A stretch of 63,996 nucleotides of DNA, filler included, from an uncultured Methanosarcinales archaeon (GCA_964385185.1; 3 parts of 3 records of this genome joined end to end with filler, not necessarily neighbours in it), one strand, 5' to 3'. Counted from the first letter of the whole stretch, positions 47,695 through 58,311 are shown. Notes: generated by a model from the sequence alone, not told the origin. Program-made: numbers and translations.

Positions 47695-47701
47695 ATATAA
47701 A

Positions 47702-48036
47702 ATGGCAGATAAAAATGATCAAGTGTTTGAAGCTATCGAGGTAGCTAAAGCAACTGGAAAGTTAAAAAAGGGTACAAATGAAGTTACAAAAATTATCGAG
47801 CGTGGGCAAGCTAAATTAGTTGCATACGCTAAAGATGTGGAACCAAAAGAAATCACTATGCATATTCCACTTTTGTGTAAAGAAAAATCAGTAATGTGTT
47901 TCGAAGTTGACTCTAAAGAAGAGTTAGGAACAGCTGCTGGTGTTGCACGAGGGACTGCGGCTGTGGCTATTACAGAAGAAGGGGAAGCAAAAAAGATTCT
48001 AGCAGAATTAACAAAGGCTGCACCAAAAGCAGAACC
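47702..48036 (+). CDS. rpl7ae: Ribosomal protein L7Ae, 3'-truncated at contig end
   Basis: GKLKKGTNEVTK, DVEPKEI, LCKEK, KEELGTAAG. Confidence 0.96.
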
Positions 48037-48136
48037 NNNNNNNNNNNNNNNNNNNNNNNNNNNNNNNNNNNNNNNNNNNNTTAATTAATTAANNNNNNNN
48101 NNNNNNNNNNNNNNNNNNNNNNNNNNNNNNNNNNNN
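48037..48136. other. Artificial contig-joining spacer
   Basis: N-run with TTAATTAATTAA at 48081-48092. Confidence 0.97.
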
Positions 48137-48182
48137 AACACTACCTAAAACAACCAACAATATTAGCAACAATCCGGTGAGT

Positions 48183-49178
48183 TTATTCATCTTCAATCAT
48201 AAACTTAATTGGCCTGCAATCACTAGCCAAATATCTATCCTCAACACAAACTTCAATATCATACTCTCCAACAGTAGGTGGTGTAAAACTAAACTTTCCA
48301 TCATTTGACATATCAATCAACGCATTATCAGTATAAAATCGTAAGACATCATCATCAGAATCACTTGCATTTAATTGGTAGCTAAACTCTCTACCTTTTG
48401 TAAGAACAAAATCAGGGACAAAATCCATTCTAGGAGCACTATTCCCTAAAGATTTAACAGCAAAGTTAAAGATAAATGGACTTTCCCCAGACTCATTATC
48501 ATACAAAGCATAGACCATTGCCTCTTTATTAAAAGGCATAAGAATAACTTCTGCATCACTCTTAGCTAAGAAATTCAAATCTATAAACTCCTTACCAGCA
48601 AAATTCCTAATAATATCGTCCTTAACATCAACCAAATGTCCTAAACGCAGCTGCAGATCTAGCGCAAACTTTGAAAACTTGAAAACAACTCCATCCATCT
48701 CCATCTCTACAGGATAATCCAAATCAATTTGGACAACTTCTTTCTCAATATCTACCTCAGCCTCCCCTTCACCAAATCGAAGAGTAAAGTCTTCCAATTC
48801 ATTCAAATCTAATAAACAAACATCCATACTCTCAACAACAAATCTTTCAATCTCAGCTTCCATAAACTCAACATCCACCCCAACATCATGATCAAAATCT
48901 AGATGATAAGCAACTTGAATTTTATCTGTCAGTAGAACATTATCATAATCATAGATATACCCTCCATTTGAAGCCAATAAATATACTCCAGGTAAAGCAA
49001 CATCTTCTAGACATTGCTGAACAAGCGCCTTAACAGGAGCAGATTCGAAACTGATATCATCATTACTAGAAACACCATCACCTTTTCCCATCATAAACAA
49101 ATATGTAAAGATAAGAATAACAAGAATAATAGCTACCAAAATAAAATAACTCACCTGTCCTTTTTTATCTTTTATCAT
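48183..49178 (-). CDS. Class III signal-peptide (pilin-like) protein with C-terminal Ig/cadherin-like domain
   Basis: KKGQ/VSYFILVAII cleavage motif; NSAP...ASDSDDD...FSFTP domain. Confidence 0.8.
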   Translation of the reverse strand: MIKDKKGQVSYFILVAIILVILIFTYLFMMGKGDGVSSNDDISFESAPVKALVQQCLEDVALPGVYLLASNGGYIYDYDNVLLTDKIQVAYHLDFDHDVGVDVEFMEAEIERFVVESMDVCLLDLNELEDFTLRFGEGEAEVDIEKEVVQIDLDYPVEMEMDGVVFKFSKFALDLQLRLGHLVDVKDDIIRNFAGKEFIDLNFLAKSDAEVILMPFNKEAMVYALYDNESGESPFIFNFAVKSLGNSAPRMDFVPDFVLTKGREFSYQLNASDSDDDVLRFYTDNALIDMSNDGKFSFTPPTVGEYDIEVCVEDRYLASDCRPIKFMIEDE

Positions 49179-49311
49179 GTCCTTTCCTCGCACAGTGTGC
49201 CAAATAGGTACTAAACTTAATCATCCTCTTCTCACAGTACTCTTTCATCTCTTTGTAGAGCTCTCTATCTATAGAAACACATATTTTCTCCTTAGTTACT
49301 CCTTTCTGCAT
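49165..49311 (-). CDS. Small ribbon-helix-helix protein (absent from ORF track)
   Basis: Translates MQKGVTKEKICVSIDRELYKEMKEYCEKRMIKFSTYLAHCARKGHDKR; overlaps start of next gene; AGTATTACT tandem pair at 49318-49335. Confidence 0.7.
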   Translation of the reverse strand: MQKGVTKEKICVSIDRELYKEMKEYCEKRMIKFSTYLAHCARKGHDKR

Positions 49312-49456
49312 TCTAAAAGTATTACTAGTATTACTTTATAAGATTTACGGAAAAAATTCCCAAATCTTTCCGAATTTATCGCAAAATACCGCAAGACAAC
49401 CACGCACAAAAGCTATATAAACCAGTAAGTCTTAGTGATTAATAAGGAAAATAAAA

Positions 49457-49816
49457 ATGGATGAATTCAAAAATTGGATAAAACTTGCAAAAGAAGATCT
49501 TAAGACAGCAGAATACAACAAGAAAGGTAAGAAGTATAAAGTTGCTGCCTTTTTATCACAGCAAGCAGCTGAGAAAGCACTAAAAGCTTTAGCAATAAAG
49601 AAAAAAGGAGAAATCAGAAAAATACATGATCTTGTAATTTTAGGAAAGGATGTAGGTATATCAAATGATTTACTCCAAAAGTTAAAAGAACTTTCACCAG
49701 TGTATATTTATACTAGATACCCTGATGTTCCCGAAATTGATAACATTAAAGATAAAGTTACAAGCTTCTTAGAAACAGCAAAGGAGGTCATCAAATGGGT
49801 GGAAGAAAATCTTTAA
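49457..49816 (+). CDS. HEPN domain protein (HEPN-MNT toxin)
   Basis: SQQAAEKALKA, KIHDL, YTRYPD. Confidence 0.92.
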   Translation: MDEFKNWIKLAKEDLKTAEYNKKGKKYKVAAFLSQQAAEKALKALAIKKKGEIRKIHDLVILGKDVGISNDLLQKLKELSPVYIYTRYPDVPEIDNIKDKVTSFLETAKEVIKWVEENL

Positions 49817-50112
49817 AGGATAATTTGAAATCCTTTAAATACAGATTGAATAAAGATATTCCTGTCAATAGAATGATTTTTTTTGGTAGTCGAACAAAAG
49901 GGAAGTCAGGTAGAGATAGGGATGTAGATTTAATCATTGTAAGTAATAAATTCAAGAAACTAGATTTTATCCAAAGAGGGGCAAAAATGTATGACTATTG
50001 GAATTTAAACTATCCAGTTGATTTTCTTTGTTATACCCCTGAGGAATTTGCTAAACTTCGAAAAGGAGTCACAATTGTTAGAGAAGCTGAAAAAGAAGGA
50101 ACTGTTATTTAA
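49795..50112 (+). CDS. Minimal nucleotidyltransferase (MNT antitoxin)
   Basis: FFGSRTKG...DVDLIIVS, VDFLCYTPEEF. Confidence 0.92.
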   Translation: MGGRKSLKDNLKSFKYRLNKDIPVNRMIFFGSRTKGKSGRDRDVDLIIVSNKFKKLDFIQRGAKMYDYWNLNYPVDFLCYTPEEFAKLRKGVTIVREAEKEGTVI

Positions 50113-50276
50113 ATCCAGATGAAAAAACTGTTTCCTTTCGGATATCAGGAAGAGATTATAATTATGTGGATACAGTAAAAACAACATTCCAAGCCATTGA
50201 TGATTATCTTGCCAATCCAAATTAAACATTAATTCTAACAACAATCTTTAAATAAACCCCAATATAACAAACTTCT

Positions 50277-53200
50277 ATGGCTCCATATGACTTTAAAACA
50301 GTAGAACCAGAAATACTCCAATTCTGGGAAAAACATAAAATCCTAGAAAAAGCTAGAAAGAAAAATAAGAATCAAGATCCATTCTACTGGTTAGAAGGGC
50401 CACCTTACACTTCTGGAAAAGTACATCTAGGACACGCTTGGAACAAAGCCCTAAAAGACATGGTACTCAGATACAAACGTATGCAAGGATACGATGTTTG
50501 GGATCGTTCTGGGTATGACATGCATGGTCTCCCAACAGAGCATGCAACCATGAAAGTTTACAATCTTAAAAATAAAGATGACATCTTAAAACTAGGCCTA
50601 GAAAAATTTGCAGCTCAATGTAAAAAGGTTTCTGTAGATTTTATGAAATCCATGAATAAAGACTTCGTAAAAGAAGGTATCTGGATGGACTTTGAAAATG
50701 CTTACCAACCTATACAACCAGAGTATATCGAAGGAGTTTGGTGGATGGTCAAAACTGCCCATGAAAAAGGAAGATTATACGAAGGTCTAAGAACCATACA
50801 CTGGTGCCCATCATGTGCAACTGCTGTGGCTAAACACGAATTAACCTATAAAGAAATTACTGACAATTCCATTTTCATAAAACTTCCAGTAGACAAAGAA
50901 AAGAATACTTTCTTACTGGTGTGGACCACAACTCCCTGGACAACTCCGTTAAACCTAGGAGTCATGGCAAACCCAGAGGTAGATTATGTTAAAGCAAAAG
51001 TAGACAACGAAACGTGGATTCTAGCTAAAGCTCTTGCAGCTCCAGTCATACAAGCAGTAGCTGAAAAAGAATTCAAAATCACCTCCACATTCAAAGGAAA
51101 AGAACTAGAAGGTACAAAATACACACTTCCACTCTACAAAGAGATGGAAAATTACTACAAAGAAATAGAATCTAAATCCAAAAAAGCATTCACAGTAGTC
51201 ATGTCTAAAGAACATGTAGATACTACTTCAGGAACAGGATTAGTCCATATGGCACCAGGATGTGGTCCTGAGGATTATGATGTAGGGCATAAAAATGGAA
51301 TCCCTCCATTAAATCCTCTAGATGAACAAGGATACTTTCCAAAAGATGCAGGAGCCTTTGGAGGATTAAGAGCAAAATATGAAGATAACAAATTCATAGA
51401 ACTTTTTGAAGATTCAATAATTGCTTCAACAAAAGTCCAACACGATTATGCTCACTGTGAAAGATGTAAAACAGCAGTAGTTTTCAGAACCACAAAACAA
51501 TGGTTCTTCAAAGTAGAAGACTTAAAAAAGAAAATTATTGCTGAAAATAAAAAAATACAATGGCAACCCAAAGCTGCTTTTAACGCATTTAACAGTTGGC
51601 TTGAAAACTTAAGAGACAACTCCATAACAAAACAAAGATTCTGGGGAACACCGATTCCTATTTGGAGATGCAATCATTGTAACAATTACGATGTCATAGG
51701 ATCTCGAGAAGAACTCAAAAAATTAGCAGGAAAACTACCTAAAGATCTCCACAAACCATACATCGATGAAATTACCTACAAATGTGATTGTGGGGGAGAA
51801 AAAACTAGGCTCCCTGATATCTTAGACGTTTGGCTAGATGCAGGATCTGCTTCATGGAACTGTCTTAACTTTCCACAAGAAGAAGAAGATTTCAAACGAC
51901 TTTTCCCCGCAGATTTCATAATGGAAGGAAATGATCAAATCAGAGGATGGTTTAATCTCTTAATGGTAGCATCCATGGTCACCATGGAAACAATCCCGTT
52001 TAAAGCTTGTTACATGCACGGAATGATCAATGACGCTAAAGGGAGAAAGATGTCAAAGAGTGAAGGTAATTATATTCTTCCTGAAGAAGTGTACAAACAA
52101 TACGGTGCTGATACGTTTAGATACTATTCCACAGGGGGAGCTCAACCCGCTTTAGATCTCAACTATAATTTTGATGATATTAAAGTAAAATACCGAAATC
52201 TCATAATTCTATGGAATGTCCATAACTTCCTGATAGAATTATGCAAGAATAACAAAATAAATCCTTCAAAGTTAAAAATTGAGGAAAAAGAACTCTCAAG
52301 AGAGGAAGAATACATCTTATCAAAAACACATTCAACGATAAGAACCGTAACTGATAAACTAGAAGCATTCCTCATGCCAGATGTTCCGCATGCAATCGAA
52401 GATTTGATGTTAGAATTATCAAGATCGTATATCCAATTGACAAGAGACAAAGCTTCCATAGGCACAGAAAGACAAAAAGAGATAGTCGCCCATACCACAT
52501 ACACCGTATTAATGGAAAGTCTCAAACTGTTTGCAGTAGTAACACCCTTCATCACTGAAAAAATATATTTGAACTTCAAAGATGCATTCAAACTTAAAAC
52601 AGAATCTATCCACCTACATAAGTGGCCAACTTTTGATGAAACGTTAATCGATGAACAACTAGAGAGAGATTTTAGTATCTCCTCAAAAGTTATCCAAGCT
52701 ACCCTCCATGCAAGAGAAAAAGCACAAGTGGGAGTACGATGGCCTTTATCTCATATCAGAGTAGCTACCACAAACGATGATGTACAAGCATCCTTAGAAA
52801 GATCAAAAGAAATAATCCTGCAACAAACAAATGTTAAAGAATTATTAATCGAAGAGACATTTAGAGATGCCAAAACCACAGTAAAAGCAGATTTCAAACA
52901 ACTCGGTCCTGATTTTGGAAATAAAGCACCATTAATTGTTGCAGCTTTAGCGAAAGAATCGTCACAATCCATATTAGAAAAACTAGAAAAAGATAAAAAA
53001 TTCGTTGTAGAAGTAAACGGAGAAAAATGTAATGTGGTAAAAGAACATCTCATTGTCCAAAGAGAAGTTCCAGACAATTATATTGAAGCAGACTTTGGAG
53101 TAGGCCAACTCTATCTATCAACTGAGTCTAATGAAGCTTTGGAAGGAGAAGGATACGCAAGAGAAGTCATGCGAAGAATCCAATCTTTAAGAAAAGACAA

Positions 53201-53411
53201 TGGTTTGGTCAAAACAGATAGAATTTCATTATTCTTAAAAGTGGATGAAGAATTAGAAACCATGTTGCAAGAGTGGAATAGACAGATTGTAGACAAAGTA
53301 GGAGCTAAAATAATGAAAATATCCACAAATAATCCTGCTAAAACTCACATTGTTTCAAGTAAAGAGAAAGTAAAGAATCATAGCTTTGAGATATATTTTG
53401 ATAAAGTATAA
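50277..53411 (+). CDS. ileS: Isoleucine--tRNA ligase
   Basis: GPPY, HLGH, WTTTPWT, GTGLVH, DQIRGWF, KMSKS. Confidence 0.97.
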   Translation: MAPYDFKTVEPEILQFWEKHKILEKARKKNKNQDPFYWLEGPPYTSGKVHLGHAWNKALKDMVLRYKRMQGYDVWDRSGYDMHGLPTEHATMKVYNLKNKDDILKLGLEKFAAQCKKVSVDFMKSMNKDFVKEGIWMDFENAYQPIQPEYIEGVWWMVKTAHEKGRLYEGLRTIHWCPSCATAVAKHELTYKEITDNSIFIKLPVDKEKNTFLLVWTTTPWTTPLNLGVMANPEVDYVKAKVDNETWILAKALAAPVIQAVAEKEFKITSTFKGKELEGTKYTLPLYKEMENYYKEIESKSKKAFTVVMSKEHVDTTSGTGLVHMAPGCGPEDYDVGHKNGIPPLNPLDEQGYFPKDAGAFGGLRAKYEDNKFIELFEDSIIASTKVQHDYAHCERCKTAVVFRTTKQWFFKVEDLKKKIIAENKKIQWQPKAAFNAFNSWLENLRDNSITKQRFWGTPIPIWRCNHCNNYDVIGSREELKKLAGKLPKDLHKPYIDEITYKCDCGGEKTRLPDILDVWLDAGSASWNCLNFPQEEEDFKRLFPADFIMEGNDQIRGWFNLLMVASMVTMETIPFKACYMHGMINDAKGRKMSKSEGNYILPEEVYKQYGADTFRYYSTGGAQPALDLNYNFDDIKVKYRNLIILWNVHNFLIELCKNNKINPSKLKIEEKELSREEEYILSKTHSTIRTVTDKLEAFLMPDVPHAIEDLMLELSRSYIQLTRDKASIGTERQKEIVAHTTYTVLMESLKLFAVVTPFITEKIYLNFKDAFKLKTESIHLHKWPTFDETLIDEQLERDFSISSKVIQATLHAREKAQVGVRWPLSHIRVATTNDDVQASLERSKEIILQQTNVKELLIEETFRDAKTTVKADFKQLGPDFGNKAPLIVAALAKESSQSILEKLEKDKKFVVEVNGEKCNVVKEHLIVQREVPDNYIEADFGVGQLYLSTESNEALEGEGYAREVMRRIQSLRKDNGLVKTDRISLFLKVDEELETMLQEWNRQIVDKVGAKIMKISTNNPAKTHIVSSKEKVKNHSFEIYFDKV

Positions 53412-53442
53412 TCTTAAATAACCTCTAAAATTTCTAACAAGT

Positions 53443-54195
53443 ATGAAATACAAAGGAATAGTATTTGACCTAGATGGAACATTGTATTCACATACTCCTT
53501 TCTTAGATAGATTTGCAGAGAGATTAAGTGAAGCTAAATACAATTCACCTCCAGAACCAGGTGAATTTCTAGAATTATATGTAACAGCAAAAAAAACGTT
53601 AGCTGTAGGTAATATCTATGATCCCGTAACGTATAGAAAAGGGCAATCTGGAATTTTAGTAAGAAACCCATCTATTGTACCCATCCTCCTTACTGCCCAA
53701 TTTGGATTAACCTTGGAACCTTTTAAAGAATATCTCAAATTATACCATCATGACATTCTACATACTCTACATGATGAAGAATTCCATCTGAGCACAGATA
53801 GAAGATGTGTTGAAAGAATGCTCATGCAAAATATTCGAACAGCTATAGTATCTGATAATAACGATGGAAAAAAAGGGCTAAGAAAATTAGACTTTCCAGA
53901 AAAATGGGATTATATTGATATTCCAGCAAAAAAAAGAGAAAGATTTGAAGAAATTGCTGAAAACTTAGATCATGATTTTAATCTTCCAAGAGAAAAAACA
54001 CTCTGGGTTGAAGATGATGTTGAAGTACTACGAATAGCTAAAAACTTCGGATATGGGACAGCCCTAAGAACATGCCCCTTAGTAAAATACAATACGAGGG
54101 TCCTCGATACATGGGTAGACATCTACCTACCAGATTCACTAAGGCCACTGCATGACCACATGGATCCAGAACGGATGCAACCCACAAAACACTAA
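53443..54195 (+). CDS. HAD-superfamily hydrolase
   Basis: FDLDGTL motif I, IVSD motif II, WVEDD motif IV. Confidence 0.82.
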   Translation: MKYKGIVFDLDGTLYSHTPFLDRFAERLSEAKYNSPPEPGEFLELYVTAKKTLAVGNIYDPVTYRKGQSGILVRNPSIVPILLTAQFGLTLEPFKEYLKLYHHDILHTLHDEEFHLSTDRRCVERMLMQNIRTAIVSDNNDGKKGLRKLDFPEKWDYIDIPAKKRERFEEIAENLDHDFNLPREKTLWVEDDVEVLRIAKNFGYGTALRTCPLVKYNTRVLDTWVDIYLPDSLRPLHDHMDPERMQPTKH

Positions 54196-54225
54196 ATTTA
54201 AATACTAAAAACTCTAAATCAAGCT

Positions 54226-54699
54226 ATGTTTGTAAAAAGAGGGATTATTCTATTAGCTCTTACTATTCTATTAATGAGTACTGTTTCTGCTTTAACATAC
54301 AGTAATAACATTAGAGATATGTTACCACAGTTACAAGAATTAACGGATACCTACAATGCTAATTTTGATAAAGTACCCTCATGGGTAAAACCGATTGTAG
54401 GTTCAGAAAAAATAAATGTCTTAATCGTAATGAATGACAATTCGTTAATCCACATAGGACTTATCCTAAATTCTGGAAAAATAGTAGCCATGAGACAAGG
54501 AAGATTAAAAGATTCAACAATTAACCTCTACCTAAAAGAATCACAAATTAAAAAAATTCTAGATCTCCAAGGAAGTGCTGCACGAATCAATAGAATTAAA
54601 CAACTCTATGATGATGATCTTATCAGTTATGAACCTGTTTCTTTTAGAGCTAAAGCAAAACTAGACACAGTAGGATTCGCCCTACGAGTGTTAACCTAA
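54226..54699 (+). CDS. Secreted hypothetical protein
   Basis: Signal peptide ending TVSA. Confidence 0.75.
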   Translation: MFVKRGIILLALTILLMSTVSALTYSNNIRDMLPQLQELTDTYNANFDKVPSWVKPIVGSEKINVLIVMNDNSLIHIGLILNSGKIVAMRQGRLKDSTINLYLKESQIKKILDLQGSAARINRIKQLYDDDLISYEPVSFRAKAKLDTVGFALRVLT

Positions 54700-54700
54700 A

Positions 54701-55159
54701 ATGGCTAGGAGAGTTGCAAAAGATACTCCATTAGCAGAAATAATACTGAGAAGGTATGAGAAGCCACATAATCTAGAAGGACGAGAGTTAATTAAAAAAC
54801 TCTGCCTTTCTATAGGATTATTACAGCCAGGAGATTCTAGAGACGTTATTGTTGACGTATTCCAAGTATTGATCGAAAAGAAAGAAGAACTCTCTACTAA
54901 GGACATTGAAACAGCTGTCATAGCCAACAGAGAGAAACATAACCTTGAATTGATCGGTATAACACCCCCTAACATTAGAAGACAATTAAAACGATTAAAA
55001 TCATTATTCTTAATTGAAACAAACCATACGCTGTACAGAATATCTGAAAATGCTACATTACTCGAATTGTATGAAGAAAAAATAAAGAAATATTATCTTG
55101 ATTCTATTGTTTCAAGAGTAAAAGAATACTTTGAAGCGGTTTCTGAAACAAAAGAATAA
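54701..55159 (+). CDS. Winged-helix hypothetical regulator
   Basis: CLSIGLLQPGDSRD, NIRRQLKRLKSLFLIE. Confidence 0.75.
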   Translation: MARRVAKDTPLAEIILRRYEKPHNLEGRELIKKLCLSIGLLQPGDSRDVIVDVFQVLIEKKEELSTKDIETAVIANREKHNLELIGITPPNIRRQLKRLKSLFLIETNHTLYRISENATLLELYEEKIKKYYLDSIVSRVKEYFEAVSETKE

Positions 55160-55185
55160 TAAAAGAAAGTCTACCTTCTAATCCT

Positions 55186-55713
55186 ATGATATACGAACCA
55201 AGAGAAGATTCATTCCTCTTACAAAAACAAGTTAAAAAACTTGCAAAAGGAAAAGTCTTAGAAATTGGCACAGGTTCTGGAATCCAAGCAGTTACCGCTT
55301 CCGAAAACAAAGCAGTAACTGAAGTTTTAGCCGTTGACATCCAAGAGGAAGTGATTGATCATTGTTTAAGAACAATAACTAATAAAAAAATAACATTTCA
55401 AGAATCAGACTTATTCTCAACAGTAGAAGGAAAGTTTGACACAATTATCTTTAATCCACCTTATCTTCCTAATGATCCTTCAGTAGCTGACCTCACTCTA
55501 GATGGAGGAAAAGAAGGCTATGAAATTGTTGAAAAGTTCTTGAATCAAGTAAAAAAATACCTAAACAAAGAGGGAATAATCTTACTCCTATTTTCTTCAT
55601 TAACAAAGAAAGAGAAAGTTGATGAATTAATTAAAAAAAATAAACTAAAAACAAAACTATTATCTCAAAAACATATCTTCTTTGAAGATTTGTTTGTCTA
55701 TGAAATCAAGTAG
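55186..55713 (+). CDS. HemK2/PrmC-family N5-glutamine methyltransferase
   Basis: IYEPREDSFLL, LEIGTGSG, FNPPY. Confidence 0.93.
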   Translation: MIYEPREDSFLLQKQVKKLAKGKVLEIGTGSGIQAVTASENKAVTEVLAVDIQEEVIDHCLRTITNKKITFQESDLFSTVEGKFDTIIFNPPYLPNDPSVADLTLDGGKEGYEIVEKFLNQVKKYLNKEGIILLLFSSLTKKEKVDELIKKNKLKTKLLSQKHIFFEDLFVYEIK

Positions 55714-56167
55714 AAGGTAATCTACAATTTTTGTAATCTAATAAATAGTCTCCTTTTTTGAGGCCAACTCCTACAACGCTAAATTCTCCGCTACTAAAAG
55801 CCATATCATCGTAATGCTCCTGATCACCCCATGCAGTAAATAATCGATCTTTATACTTGGAAGATACAAAATATCCCAATAGAGGTAAAGGTTCAAATAA
55901 TAATTGACCTGCCAATCCCATAACTGAAGGTAATACTACTTCCCCAATCATCTGTTTAGTATCATCAGTAGGCATAAAAGTTACACCAAAGTATGCCACT
56001 TTTCTAGCTTGTTGTTCTTGATCTCCAAAAGGGACTACAATCATAGTGTCATTCTTCTCATACGTATTTCTGATGGGCCTTTCAAAATGAGGATGTTTGA
56101 ATTTATATTCAGCCCTTAGAATATGACCATTTCGAACCACTGTATCTATTGTTAATTGATCTTTCAT
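55706..56167 (-). CDS. Hypothetical protein
   Basis: 153-aa ORF with SD-like GGGTGA. Confidence 0.7.
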   Translation of the reverse strand: MKDQLTIDTVVRNGHILRAEYKFKHPHFERPIRNTYEKNDTMIVVPFGDQEQQARKVAYFGVTFMPTDDTKQMIGEVVLPSVMGLAGQLLFEPLPLLGYFVSSKYKDRLFTAWGDQEHYDDMAFSSGEFSVVGVGLKKGDYLLDYKNCRLPST

Positions 56168-56189
56168 TCATTTCACCCTTTTTAGAATA

Positions 56190-56717
56190 TTATTTAGCTG
56201 GAGAATATCCTTTAACTAAATCTCTAACAGTAGTTGTTCCTTCTTGATCTTCAAAAATCATGGCTCGATATCCACCATGGGTGTTTCTACCTACAATATC
56301 TACTTTTTTACGATTAAGGTGCATACCTAAATTTCCCTGATCTATGATGGAATCTGGAAATAATACTTGAATACTACCATTTTGAACAAACTGATGATAA
56401 TGAGTAACTCGAGAACTATGATCTGTATGTAAGTCTCTTTGAATCCGTATTAAAAGAATGTTCACTTGATTCTCCATCTCTTCAGGCGTTCTATCTCCTC
56501 TCTTAATTTCTACACGATATTGATTAGTCCAATATAAAGGTCCATTATGATTACCTTCAACAAATAAAGGACGATTATCATATTTGACATTAGCTACAAC
56601 ATCTTGAGACTCCGTGTTAGGATCTCCTGGAAGAATATATTGCCTATGAAAAATTCCTCCTGGAAAATTTTTTACTTGAATTCGAGGTAATGCTTCAACT
56701 TTTTCGTTTTTATTCAT
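56190..56717 (-). CDS. Hypothetical protein
   Basis: 175-aa ORF in three-gene opposite-strand block. Confidence 0.7.
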   Translation of the reverse strand: MNKNEKVEALPRIQVKNFPGGIFHRQYILPGDPNTESQDVVANVKYDNRPLFVEGNHNGPLYWTNQYRVEIKRGDRTPEEMENQVNILLIRIQRDLHTDHSSRVTHYHQFVQNGSIQVLFPDSIIDQGNLGMHLNRKKVDIVGRNTHGGYRAMIFEDQEGTTTVRDLVKGYSPAK

Positions 56718-56720
56718 TTT

Positions 56721-56906
56721 TCAGTTTGTAGGCCCCATATATTGATAATTTGAAAGATTTAATGTATAATCCGGTTGTGCAGTATTTTCTTGAGACTGAT
56801 CTGGGTTAGTTTGGTCCTTAATTGAATCAGGTCCTGGTAATTGACCATCCATAACAAAGGCATCAATAGATCCTCTTTCAGTCGACTCTCTTCTTGGTTT
56901 TTCCAT
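56721..56906 (-). CDS. Hypothetical small protein
   Basis: 61-aa ORF ending 3 nt before next start. Confidence 0.5.
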   Translation of the reverse strand: MEKPRRESTERGSIDAFVMDGQLPGPDSIKDQTNPDQSQENTAQPDYTLNLSNYQYMGPTN

Positions 56907-57080
56907 TTTTATAACTCAAACTTGGGCACGCGCAAGTTTGAGGAATTGAAAATCTCGGTATAATCACATTTTGAGATTTTCTATAATTTNNNNNNNNNNT
57001 ACGAATTTCGGCCCCTTTAAATAGCTTTTGGTTTTAGCAATTTCCAACATTTTATATATTCTCTACACCTTACATCACCC

Positions 57081-57644
57081 ATGAACATACCTGGAGTAAC
57101 CAAAATAGAGTACTTTTCTAAAGGAAAACGTGGTTTAATCTACACAGGAATCTATAAAAAAAAGAAAGTGGGAATTAAAACAAAGAACCCCAAATCACAA
57201 GCAATTAACAAAATTGAAATCGAAGCTAAGTTTCTCAAAGTATTAAATAAACACAATATTGGTCCAAAATTCATCAAAGGAACCAAAACCTATGTTATGT
57301 ATGAGTTTGTAGAAGGAGAATTACTCAAAGACAAAATAGAAACAATGACAAAACCCAAACTTAAAGCAATCCTAAAAAATATGGTAAAACAATGCTACCA
57401 AATGGACAACCTGGGAATTAACAAAGAAGAAATGCATAGACCTCACAAACATATTGTCCTCACAAAAAAAGGTCCCATCCAATTAGACTTTGAACGATGT
57501 CATTATGCTGAAAAAATGCATAATGTAACTCAGTTTTTGCAGTATATCAGACAGTTAAGATTAATTCCTCAAGCCAAGCTTCTAACACTATCAAAAAATT
57601 ATGGAAAAACTAATAAAATCGGAGATATACTAAAAGCTCTATGA
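57081..57644 (+). CDS. Atypical Ser/Thr kinase (RIO/Bud32-like)
   Basis: KGKRG loop, VGIK, IGPK, YEFVEG, QLDFE. Confidence 0.8.
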   Translation: MNIPGVTKIEYFSKGKRGLIYTGIYKKKKVGIKTKNPKSQAINKIEIEAKFLKVLNKHNIGPKFIKGTKTYVMYEFVEGELLKDKIETMTKPKLKAILKNMVKQCYQMDNLGINKEEMHRPHKHIVLTKKGPIQLDFERCHYAEKMHNVTQFLQYIRQLRLIPQAKLLTLSKNYGKTNKIGDILKAL

Positions 57645-57937
57645 CATTCCAATCCCAAGTCCTACAATTAGTATCTCAAATACCTAAAGGGAAAGTAACT
57701 ACCTACAAACTTCTTGGAAATAAATTAAACTCTAAAGCATACAGAGCAATTGGACAAGCATTAAAGAACAACCCAAACCCAGTAACAGTCCCTTGCCATA
57801 GAGTTATAGCCTCAGATCTCTCATTAGGTGGATACTGTGGCAAGATGAACAATCCTAAGAAGATTAAGTTGTTAAAAGATGAAGGAATTACTTTTGAAAA
57901 CAATAAAATTTCCCCAATTAAATTACATATGTTTTAA
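57641..57937 (+). CDS. ogt: Methylated-DNA--protein-cysteine methyltransferase (MGMT family)
   Basis: IPKGKVTTY, RAIG, PCHRVI. Confidence 0.92.
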   Translation: MTFQSQVLQLVSQIPKGKVTTYKLLGNKLNSKAYRAIGQALKNNPNPVTVPCHRVIASDLSLGGYCGKMNNPKKIKLLKDEGITFENNKISPIKLHMF

Positions 57938-57939
57938 AC

Positions 57940-58311
57940 CTACTTCACAAACTCCACATTATCTTTGTCTTCGAATTTCTCATCACCAGTTAGAAATTTA
58001 ATCCCCAATTCTTTTGCTTTAGCCCAGCCTATACAATCCACATAACTTAAATGTTCTTTTTTATATTTTAATTTAAATTTCATCCCTCCACGAATATTTC
58101 CCAGATTGATAGGAATAAGACTCTTTGCAACTTTAATCAAAAAATTATATGCTAGATTTTTTTGCCCTTCTTTTACTAAATTATAATATAGTTCCATTAA
58201 ATTATACTTAGTAACTAAGAATTCATAATCTGCATACTTATCATAATTGGGATTCTTTCTCAAAATTTCAAAAATAGCGTAAGTATCTGCAAAAATTGTC
58301 TTATCATTCAT
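57940..58311 (-). CDS. PIN-domain (VapC-like) toxin
   Basis: FADTYA, LSYVDC, FLTGD. Confidence 0.9.
   Translation of the reverse strand: MNDKTIFADTYAIFEILRKNPNYDKYADYEFLVTKYNLMELYYNLVKEGQKNLAYNFLIKVAKSLIPINLGNIRGGMKFKLKYKKEHLSYVDCIGWAKAKELGIKFLTGDEKFEDKDNVEFVK

Noticed and set aside
49457..50112. HEPN-MNT pair (and PIN pair at 57940-58456) as a novel system
   Set aside because: Common, well-described archaeal toxin-antitoxin families.
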